Positions 11,620 to 21,604 of a DNA stretch of 64,000 nt are shown piece by piece. The stretch spans positions 342,894 to 406,893 of the forward strand of contig ML992509.1 of the NCBI GenBank assembly GCA_010093995.1, given 5' to 3'. A program made the position numbers and the translations under genes. The notes under the pieces are model-generated. The model was not told the origin of the DNA. It saw only the letters and a program-made list of their open reading frames with translations, and did not search any database. The first letter of the stretch is position 1; each line of letters opens with the position of its first letter. Origin of the DNA: Elsinoe ampelina. Lineage: Eukaryota.

Positions 11620-12811
11620 ATTGGTGAAGAAGCTTGTACACACTTGGGGGCTTGAGGGTCAGGCCTATATATCAACGAGTAAAACTTACAACGCTGGCTG
11701 ACTCCCAAATTACACGATTTGCAGGTCCATGGGCTGATTTCCACATTGTCTTGGGACTGTTGCTCGTTTGGCTTCTTACTTTGTTGGTGGAGGTTTGTTC
11801 CACCGTATGTATAGAGCCACACCGTGCAAGGCGTTTGAGCAAGTGCACCTCGCGTGATGATTGGCGTGGGCAAAGTTTGGCAACCGACTACTCCATGGTT
11901 CAAGCCTAGTCGATCAGTCAAAAGGCCCTTTTCCATGCTCGTCGGCGTAACGTCTAACGAAGAAGCGGTGTGACCTCGAGTGGTATAGGGTCCAGCGACC
12001 CGACGCAGGGTCCATGTATAACGGTCCTTGCAACTGCTTCATCAAACTAGCCTGGATGCTGCGTAGACTATCATCGTGCCTTGCTATTGGGAGATGTAAA
12101 ACGCCCAGCGAGCTCGGTGATGAGGAGAGTCGCTTCTCCAGCTTGGAGCAGGAAGGACCTTCGATCGAATTCATAGACATGGTGGATTACTGCCGAGGCC
12201 AAGAGTCAGCAGCGTACATCGGCGTCGTTCACGTGTGATTACCGGTCGCGTCCAACCGCCTTATGCTTATTAGTGGCCGGTATCGACCCTGGCTGTCGTG
12301 AACGCTCCGAGTCGGCGACTCCGCCGTGCAGTGCAAAGATACCCGATTAAGGCCGTAACGATTTACGCCCAAGTTCGACCACCGAGACAGCTCCGATCAG
12401 AGAGCCATTCAGCAAGCTGGATAAGCTGTCAGTCCGATGTTGTGGCGGGAGACATGGGATGGTAGTGCTGCAGAATCAAGGAAGAGAGAACGATGTGGCG
12501 CCGGGATTCCAGGATTGCATTTCGCTTCCGGTCACGTGTCCATCAATGTTATAGCCAATCAAGGTGCAGCGATATCGTCTTGAGGACATCTCATTCATCC
12601 ATACTAGGCTATTGCCCGCTCGTTGCCGAGAGGAACGTCAAAATCTACTGTTCGGCATCGGTGCCTCTACAACGACCTGCCACCGTCACTCAGGCAGGCG
12701 ATATTCCACCCTCGGTTCGTAAGCATAATACTCTGGTATGCCATCTGATCCCCTCTCGAAGCAAGTATGGGGAACTCTCACCACCGTAGTATCAAGATCT
12801 CTCAACATCCC

Positions 12812-14374
12812 TCAACATCCAAACACCTTCATCGTACTAACGTTGATCCGACTCCACTTATCACCCTTGACCGTCGCCTTTACAAAGATCCACGGCCAGC
12901 TCACACACCACAGCCACAAGGCCGGCATGGGATCCCAGATCTCAAACGTCTCGTCTCGCCAGGTGAAGAGGTGCTCGAGGAATGTAGACCATTTCTCCAG
13001 CACTTCGGCGAAGCTCTCGCCGTCTGTCTTGAGCAGGCCGAGTACAGGAAGTATGACAAGTGTGACCAAGTCGTGAGGGAGCCAGTAGTACTTCTGTGGG
13101 TTACGGGGTGTGACAGGGTGGACATGCTTAGTGCCGTTGGTCTTTGCTTTGTGTGCGTGTGAGTCCTCGCTTGGAGAGGCGGGTTCGTCGAAGATCTTCA
13201 TATACCCCTCGCTGACCATCTCTGGAGTATCGCTGAAGAGAACGACGGCTGTGTGGGCGCGAGGGTTGCATTCGATCGGGTAGAGGTTGACGTCCGAGAC
13301 CTTGATGGCATTGCGGTTCGCTGCGTCAGCTTGTTCCTGGACGATTAGAAAGTCGAAACTGAGGTGTCCAGTGAAGCCATCGGGGCAGGACTCGACAAAG
13401 TGCTGGGTGAAGCGGAGCATGGCCCTGGAGAGGATGGAGTCCGCTGGCAGTGCCACATAGTGCATGAGGAGCTCCGATGAAGGGCATGCAACGAATGCAA
13501 CCACAGTATTTCGAATGATGAGTGCGTGTGTACAGTACTCTGGGCCAGAGATGAATTGTTGGAGTACCCAAGGTCGCGATGGGGATATAGGGAACTTGAA
13601 GATATAATCTTTGGTGGCTTCTTTCGTCGAGAGCGGTAGGAGGGTCATGTTGGCGCGGAAGGCATCGTCCGTTCCAGTATACTTCATGATGAACCTAGTG
13701 CCCTCCTTTTTTGGACTTGTGAGGATCTTGACAGCCGCCGCGTGAGAAGTTATGTTGTGAGTCTCTGGTACTGGCATTTCCATGGACCGGCACAAGTCGA
13801 TGAACGAGTGTTTTTCGTGGAGAACCGAAGTCATATTAGCACCGTACTGGACCGCCTTGCAGGAGGTGACAAGCTCGATCATCTCCTTCGCTCTGCCATC
13901 TTCGACCGCACTGGCTACTCCAGAACACGAGACCCAGAGGTCGACATTTTCCTTCTTGATAATGTTGAGCAGTGACTCGCCGTAACGAGCAGATCCGTCA
14001 ATGGAGCCATCAGGCTTGTGAAGCTTGTAGAAAGCTCTCAGTGACTTTGAAACATGTCCACAGGTAGTTGGAAGGTATGGCGATTCGAAGTCAGCTCCAA
14101 TGACATGGTGTCCTGCAGCGTAGAAGAGTCGGGCCAGAGCCAGTCCTTTGGTCATGCCCACGCCCGTGATTAAGATGGTCTTGGTTTCAAGATATGGTGT
14201 TCTCGTCGATCTGACATGGTTACGATGGTTTTGCGGCGAATTTGACAGGAACGGTCTGATGAGAAGGCTTAAGAAGGTGAGAGCCGATGCAGCAGGTAGA
14301 CCAAGGAGTGATAGAACCAGAAGCTGTATGTTCTGCCAGGCATGCTCCAGCCTGGATGACTGAGCGCTCAGCAT
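12812..14374 (-). CDS. mysC: ATP-grasp ligase, MysC-like (mycosporine synthase)
   Basis: N-terminal hydrophobic segment, ILITGVGMTKGLALARLFYAAGHHV, PISPSRPWVLQQFISGPEYCTH, GHLSFDF and PIECNPRAHTA motifs as in MysC-type ATP-grasp enzymes. Adjacent to the O-MT and DDGS genes. First ATG is at 14374. Confidence 0.88.
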   Translation of the reverse strand: MLSAQSSRLEHAWQNIQLLVLSLLGLPAASALTFLSLLIRPFLSNSPQNHRNHVRSTRTPYLETKTILITGVGMTKGLALARLFYAAGHHVIGADFESPYLPTTCGHVSKSLRAFYKLHKPDGSIDGSARYGESLLNIIKKENVDLWVSCSGVASAVEDGRAKEMIELVTSCKAVQYGANMTSVLHEKHSFIDLCRSMEMPVPETHNITSHAAAVKILTSPKKEGTRFIMKYTGTDDAFRANMTLLPLSTKEATKDYIFKFPISPSRPWVLQQFISGPEYCTHALIIRNTVVAFVACPSSELLMHYVALPADSILSRAMLRFTQHFVESCPDGFTGHLSFDFLIVQEQADAANRNAIKVSDVNLYPIECNPRAHTAVVLFSDTPEMVSEGYMKIFDEPASPSEDSHAHKAKTNGTKHVHPVTPRNPQKYYWLPHDLVTLVILPVLGLLKTDGESFAEVLEKWSTFLEHLFTWRDETFEIWDPMPALWLWCVSWPWIFVKATVKGDKWSRINVSTMKVFGC

Positions 14375-14815
14375 CAGTCCTGAGTGACAAAATACTGCCC
14401 CAGGGTATGATGAGACTGCTAGCACGAAGATGATTGCCTGTGTGCAGGAATTATTTGATAGCGTGTGGTGAGTTTGACAGCGATAGGAGTTGAGGTCCGG
14501 CTGGACGGCTCAAAATTTCACCACAGTGTCATCACTCTTTGTACCTACATGCAAACACCCCTCTCAGACGAAGTACGACTGCACGTTCCATAGCAGAAAG
14601 ATACACAGGAGAGTATAGTCAAGCCTTGATGACGTTTGCATTTTATGCATAATTGACTTTTGGTGTGTTCATTATGTGCCCGCCTTCCTCTATCTGATGT
14701 GTTCATGCCAGAACTTCCTCCTGTCCTGCGTCCTTCCCAGTCATGATAATAGACTCAAGGTGGAGTAGCGCAGCAATTACTTTCTCGTTGCGATTTCGGG
14801 CCCCAACAGAGCTCC

Positions 14816-15774
14816 CTATGCCTCGACTCCCACACATCTCGTCACTTCAACTCCGTCCTGTGTTATTCGTCAGCGCCATCCAGGCATGACTGAGATTGAG
14901 TGACTTACCGGCTCTCCAGTAGGCTCGAAGCTATTGTGAAGCTTGCTCTCGTACTTGAGATTCGGGTTACCCTTGTTCGCTGCCAAAGTCTCCTCTCCTT
15001 GCCTCTTCTGATACTGCTTGGCCGTCCTGTCCTTGAATCTGGCGTCAGGTCCAGTCTCCTGTTCACCTGATTCCGCAATCTTGCGCTTCTCTTCGACCGA
15101 GGCTCTAACATACTCCAGATACGGCGGGTTGCCGGGCGTGATCACATTGTCCGCCGCATAGACCGATCCAGGGCCCACTAGACCCAGCTCCTCACACAGC
15201 TTGAGGTCAGTCTTGTACGCCGGCTTGTAGTGATCTAGAAACATCATGTCGATGTGCTTGACAATGTTCTTGTCGTGCAGACGCTTAATTGACACGTCGC
15301 TTGGTCCCACGATGACCTTGACCACGTCGCTCAGGCCAGCCAGGTCCACAAGCGAGGCAATGACTGCAGCGAATTCCGGGTTCCTCTCCAGACTGTAGTA
15401 CCTTTTGCCGCCTGCTCGCTTGACCGCGTCACCAAAGAGCACACAAGAATATCCAATGTAACCTCCTAGTTCGACCTGTGCTGCAGTCAGCTGCGTTCTG
15501 GTCACCGCCGCGACTCATGACCTACCATAGTCTGAGGTTTCACCTCGGCGATCAGATCTGTCACAATCTTCCCCTTTTGCTCTCCCACATTCATGAGATA
15601 CTTCTTGGTGCGAGCATACTCGTCAATGGCTTGGAGGACTCGTGTCGGTGAGTCTCTGATCTCCTCGAGGTCGGTTTTGTTGTATATGAAGTGAAGAAGC
15701 TCGACCTCACGTCCGTCGTCGAAGAAGACATCTCCTTTGGCTTGATAGCCGTTGGTCTTGTTGAATTCGCTCAT
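14816..15774 (-). CDS. mysB: Catechol-type O-methyltransferase, MysB role (4-deoxygadusol formation)
   Basis: Introns 15476-15525 and 14858-14908. COMT motifs LMNVGEQKG, VELGGYIGYS, MFLDHYKPAY and ADNVITPG. The MysB role is inferred from cluster context. Confidence 0.85.
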
Positions 15775-17392
15775 TTTGAGAAAAAGTCAAGGCAGAGCGA
15801 TTTGGCTGAAGCTGGGGAGACGCGTGCCCCTCGTGTAGCTCTTCCGAGGTGCCAGCTCCCACTCCAGGGCTGGCAAATGCCGGACAAATGTGATTTATTA
15901 CACGGATCTGCCGCCGACCTTCGCTAGGCTAAAGCTAAGGAATGCCACGCTATACCTTGTGTACCGGGTTGTTGTCGCGGTCGAGCTAAGCGACGTGCCA
16001 GATCGAGGAGGTGGTGTCGTCACATGTATTCAAAGCGTGGAGGAACGGATTGTGGCCGATGTAGCAGGCCGCAGGGGACTGACTCGAGTGAATGCACAAG
16101 GAGGGAGAAATAAAGTCACGTCCTCAGTCACACACGGGCGAGGTTCCGGGTGTCGATCACTGGATACTGTGCGTCGCCACAGCGTATGGCCGCAATTCCT
16201 TCATGTGCCACAAAGCGAGGCTTGCCAGCAGACAGCATTTTCCCTGGTCATTCTGTTGAGGTGAATGCGGGATGTGAGGCGGAGCTATGGCCAACGCTTT
16301 CGCAATCTGCCCCTCATTTTGCTGCACGTTCTGTGTCGTCACTGCGGGGCCTGATCGGAATTTTTCGAGCGAGGTCGAATTCTCTCTTCTTTGCATGGAT
16401 TACGGGTTCCAATGCACGCATCTTGAGCTCATTCTTGTCAATGCCAAACTCTCCTTTGATCTCAGCCATGTGGCAGATCCGTTGGTCTCATTGGTGGGCG
16501 GAAATGCCCTTGTCATCGGATCGGGGGATCCACAAGTAGAGTTTGGTAGTCTTGCTGATCAACCCAAAGTCTGAGATCTTAGCGCGGATTCGGGCAGATT
16601 GAGTTGAGATCTCATGGCGCGGGGCCTTCGGATCAGCAAGGTGTGCGTGCTAACGTTCTGCAAATGCAGGTTTTTTCTTTGGCGGGCTGACGGAGCTGTC
16701 CTGCAAGGGATCGGGAGACACGTTGTCGTCCCTGGTGAACACCAGTGGTGTGGCACGTCAAGCGATTGGTGTGTCCCTTGCGTGGTGACGCCCGCGAAGA
16801 GCAAGCCCGAGGTCATTGCTGAAAAAGTCCCTCTGGTTCCTCCAGGCGATCACTGACCAGAGATCCTCCCGAGATCTGACACTGGCCAGAGCACATCTCC
16901 CGGTTGTATGAGTGGGTCCATCGTCCAGTCCCGTACCCTTGTGCTCACATTCGCATCTGTGCCTCGCCAACTTCTGTCCAGAAGCTTCAATTGGCGTGCT
17001 TTAGCTCCGTGCCGGCCTGATGCAAAGCTCCACGCGGGAGGCATCTCTTCGTTTCCTGCTCCGCCATCCCAAACAATTGTTGACGCCATTGTCCTGCTCT
17101 TCCCTGGTCAAACCGCCCACATCCCATCTCCTCGCCGACGCACAAACAAGCCTTGTTGCCGATCGCGTCTGCTAGCATCACCCGTCAGAAGGGAAGCCTG
17201 CTGGAAGCAAGCCGTGAGCGTGGGTGGCAGCAAGGTAAAAACTCCTCTAGCTCCTCTCACACTTCCTCTCACTTTTTTTTTCCCGCAAACCTCACACTCA
17301 CCTCTCCCAGCTTCAACTTTTCTTCTACGAGCTTCTTCTTCAGTTTCAACACTGGTCAAGCTCAATTGACCTCTTCACCCCACTCATTCACC
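15775..17392. promoter_or_regulatory. Divergent promoter of O-MT and DDGS with a dense GATC array (16458-16876)
   Basis: Head-to-head gene arrangement. 12 GATC tetramers within 419 bp. CT-rich tract precedes the DDGS ATG. Confidence 0.6.
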
Positions 17393-19049
17393 ATGTCTGA
17401 CCTCAAGGCCACGGTCGCCGAGACCAAGAATGGCTTCCACGTCGAAGGCTATGAGAAGATCGAATACGACTTCACCTTCATGGATGGTGTCTTCAACAAG
17501 GAGAACCCTCAGCTCGCCAACTGCTACGAGCGATGGGGTCGCACCCTTGCCGTCATGGATGCCAACATCTTTGACGTCTATGGAGCCCAGATCCAGGAAT
17601 ACTTTGACCACCACAAGCTCCAGCTCTCCATCCACAAGACCATGATCGGCGAGAAGGCCAAGTCCATCGAAACCCTCCTCAGCATTGTCGACTCCATGAA
17701 CAAATTCGGCATCTTCAGGAAGGAACCAGTATTGGTGGTTGGCGGCGGATTGGTTACTGATGTTGCTGGGTAAAACAAATTCACCGCCAACGATAACTTC
17801 AAGGCACTCTGGCCCGCATATACATCCTAAGCGGTGATCCATGAGTTATGAGAGCTTTGTACTAACCTTTTCCAGTTTTGCTTGCGCGGCCTACCGTCGT
17901 AACACCAACTACATCCGAGTCCCCACCACTGTCATCGGTCTGATCGATGCCTCCGTGTCCATCAAGGTCGCTGTCAACTACGGCAACTACAAGAACCGTC
18001 TCGGTGCCTACCATGCTCCTATGCACACCTTCCTGGATTTCAGCTTCCTCCGCACTCTGCCAGTCGCTCAGATCCGCAACGGGTTCGCAGAGCTGATCAA
18101 GATCTCCACCTGTGCCCACCTCGACACTTTCAACCTGCTTGATAAGTACTGCGAACAGCTCATCGAGACTGGCTTCGGTCGTACCGATGGTGCTCCCCAG
18201 GAGGTCCGCGATGCGGCGGACAAGATCAACCGTGCTGGTATCCACAGGATGTTGGAGCTCGAGACACCCAACCTCCACGAGATCGGTCTCGACCGTATCA
18301 TTGCCTACGGCCACACGTAAGTCGCTGCCGGAGTCAAAGTTTCGGACATGTCACTAACCTTGACCAGCTGGTCTCCACTCCACGAGCTCGTTCCCGACGT
18401 TCCTCTTCGTCACGGTCACGCCATATCCATCGACATGGCCTACTCAGCGACTCTTGCCCACATGAGGGGTCTCGTCAGCGACGCCGAGTACAAGCGCATC
18501 CTGGGCTTGTTCAGCCGTGCAGGTCTCTCCATGGACCACCCGCAGTTCAACGAGGAAATCCTCGAGCAGGGTACTCAAGCCATCCTGAAGGTATGAAGCA
18601 ATAGTGCTGCCCTAGTGGTCCGAGCTCCATGGCTGATCAACCTCTAGACTCGTGATGGTAAGCTTCGTGCTGCCATCCCTGCACCTCTCGGTTCATGCGT
18701 CTTCCTCAACGATGTCGACATGGACGAGATGTTCAAGGCTCTTCGCAAGCACAAGGAGATCATGAAGGAGTACCCTCGCCAGGGTGCCGGTCTTGATGCT
18801 CACGTTGATGCCAGCGACACTGGTTACACCGTCAACGCCAAGCCAGTCGAAGGTGCTGCCGTCAAGAACATCGCCAGCAAGTCCTTGATCAACGACGATG
18901 TCAAGGTCGCCAGTGCCGTCGCCGCCGAGGAGGCTCGCAAGGATAGCCTTACGAACGGAAAGGCAAACGGAGTGAACGGACACACCAATGGGCACACCAA
19001 CGGCCATGCCAATGGAGTGACCGACGGCGCCTCCAACGGCGTACACTAG
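17393..19049 (+). CDS. mysA: Demethyl-4-deoxygadusol synthase (sedoheptulose 7-phosphate cyclase, DHQS-like; MysA)
   Basis: Introns 17770-17875, 18317-18367 and 18591-18647. Motifs [50 protein letters not shown]-type [11 protein letters not shown] and AYGHTWSP, LRHGHA, KTRDG. C-terminal NG-repeat tail. Confidence 0.92.
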
Positions 19050-20275
19050 GGGTTGTGACCCATTCTCCTGTGAGGACGTGAACGAGTCCGAGGACAATCC
19101 GGCGTCTTGCCGTGGGCGGATAGTTGAACGAGGAGTGATACCAGCAACGAAGATCACGAGGATCAAAACATGAAAAGAGCAAAGTCAAAAAAAGGTCAAG
19201 GATGATGATACCAAAGCATAAGTTACGCTTAAAAAAAAAGAGACGAGCAGCTGAAGTGCTCGAGCGGGTGGAGACAGACATGCGAATGCAGATCTTACGT
19301 CTCCAGTTTCTAATTCGTTGTCTTGTCCTGAAACAGCCGCCGGGTAGGTCACTCGACGTCGTGAATGTGACCATTGACCAAATATTGTCCATCTCCCATT
19401 CTTCCATGGATGGTTCGTGAACGGTCTCGACGACTGTTCGTGACGAGGCGTTGAGATTGCTCTACCTTCCAGTGTGAGTGACATGGGACGGAATGACCTT
19501 GCGTAAACGAAGGACCACTCCTACCTTCTTGATTCGGGGACTTCCTAGTCATGCATCGTGCATGCCCTAATCAGAGATACGTATGCTCGACCAGATCTCG
19601 GGTTCAGGACCTACTATTTTTAGGGCATCATCTGCTCAGGGCTGTTTCGCTCATTCTGCGAATGATTCCAAGATTTTGCGGGGCTCTGTGGTGGCTACTT
19701 CTAGCCAATGGAGCAAGCACAATACTACTCATCGCCGTGATTCCTCGAGAGACTCGCTTGTGACCGATATGCTCATGTTATTGAAATTCGGTAGTAGTTA
19801 CATCGAGTGCGCCTTGTCCCTCTTTACCCTAATCTTCGCAACTTCTCCGCATCGGTACCACTGCCGAATCTCGGCCGACGCCGAACCGAACCTCATCTCT
19901 TCCAGTATGCCTCTCATCACTCTCCAATCAGAGATCTAGATGCTTCGTAGCTCACCCCTGCGAGTTCGCTATCCTGTCACAAGGCTCAGGCCATCTCGAC
20001 TACGCCCACAGCGCTCTGCGGACGTCATTGTGATCGACTTACGATGGTTCACAAACCATTCCTCGTCCACGCAGTGAGACATCCATGAGGATAGGGCTGA
20101 GCAACTTCAATTTCACTCATGCACGAGTATGCCAGCTGAGAGTTTCGACTACCATGCAAGGCAATTGAGTTCTGTTGTTACGTCCAGATGAGTGACGAGC
20201 CTACAGAAAGAACCAGGAGACGCTATTGTATGGTACTATCCATTGGCGGAAGGGACATCGTATGCCAAGGACAAT

Positions 20276-20404
20276 TGTTGTAGTGGAAGACTGGTACGTA
20301 CAGCTTCTCTGGTACAGCTTCTCTGGTACTGATGAGTCAGCGCACGCACAGTAGATAGTCGGTTATTGTAACTCTCTGTGAATGAAACACACGTCTCTCG
20401 AACA
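20276..20404 (+). mobile_element. Solo-LTR-like copy of the element at 213-354
   Basis: Starts TGTTGTAG. Shares long identical blocks with 213-354 (ATGAGTCAGCGCACGCACAGTAGATA, TCGGTTATTGTAACTCTCTG, AATGAAACACACGTCTCTCGA). Ends AACA after an apparent ~18-nt deletion. No clear target-site duplication. Confidence 0.85.
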
Positions 20405-20786
20405 GCCTCGAAGCCGAAACGCACATACGCGAACGACCACAGCTCGATTCCTTGGCTCGGCGTAGAACCTCTTTCCGCCAAGGATACACGCCGAGGACGC
20501 CTCTTCTCAGGGCACTATCTCGTGATACCCGACCGTGCAAAGAGGTGTCAATTCGCATCTCTCCCATGATCGTGTAGATTCTTGGCTGCAAGATCATCCC
20601 GATAGTAAGAACTCTCAGTGAAATGAGCTCTTGGTAGGTAGACGAGCTGACCAGTCCGAAGGCATCTATATTTACCCCTTCCCAGTCCCATGTTCTGCAT
20701 CACATCTCTCAAATGATATCATATCTACTATCATACCACCCATCTCCCATCAGCCTCTTTGATCCCCTACCTGAAATCTCTGCAAA

Positions 20787-21604
20787 ATGCATTTCTCCAA
20801 CTCCCTTATCCTAGCCATCCTTGGAGCGGCTACCGCAGCGCCTGCAATGCCAGCGACCCAGCCCGAGCATGCAGACTCTGGAGTCCTCACCAAGAGGCAA
20901 TGGAGCACGATCCCCCACGACCAAGTCAAATACATCGGCGAGACCGTCCGTGGCGGCACCGAAGGCAACGCCATCCGACGATACGAACCATTCCTCCACA
21001 TCGCCCACGGCTGCCAATCGTACGCCGCAGTCAGCGCTTCCGGCCAAGTCGGCGGCGGCTTGAAACCCTCTGGCGGCCCCAGCTCCGGCTGTAACGCAGT
21101 AGGAAACGGCCAGACCTATGCCCGAGGTATATGGCACAGGGGCCGCTACGCCATCATGTACGCATGGTACTTCCCCAAGGACCAGTCCACCGCGCTCGGA
21201 ATCGGCGGCCATCGCCACGACTGGGAGAACGTCGTCATCTGGATCGACAATCGTACGTACCTCGACCCCCCCTTCGTCTCTCGCACCCAAACTAACCCTT
21301 CCCAGCTGCCAACGCCAACCCCCGCGTCTTCGGGGCCGCTGCATCCGGTCACGGTAAATACAAGAAGACCACGAATCCGCAGATGCGCGACGGCGGGAAC
21401 CTGCAGGTCGAATACTACACCAGCACGTTCAAGAACCATGAGCTTCAGTTCAAGACTAGCCCGGGTTGGAATCATGATATGGTCGATTATGATGCCATTA
21501 AGCAGCAGATTAGGACGATCTTTGATTCATATAATTGGGGAAAGGCCAATTGTCCCTTTAACAAGTGGAATTTCATCAAGAATCTTGACCTTGCGTGGAT
21601 TTGA
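20787..21604 (+). CDS. Type 1 Nep1-like protein (NLP/NPP1 necrosis- and ethylene-inducing effector)
   Basis: Signal peptide, KR propeptide site, two conserved Cys (HGCQSY, SSGCN), AIMYAWYFPKD and the GHRHDWE heptapeptide. Intron 21253-21305 restores the frame (PANANPRVFGAAASGHGKY). Confidence 0.93.

Noticed and set aside
17770..17875. 106-nt DDGS intron 1 with a TCACCGC/GCGGTGA stem; possible stwintron or snoRNA
   Set aside because: No internal branch/acceptor that regenerates a donor, and no convincing C/D or H/ACA boxes.
18950..19046. NG/NGH repeats at the DDGS C-terminus
   Set aside because: Common low-complexity tail in fungal enzymes; not distinctive.
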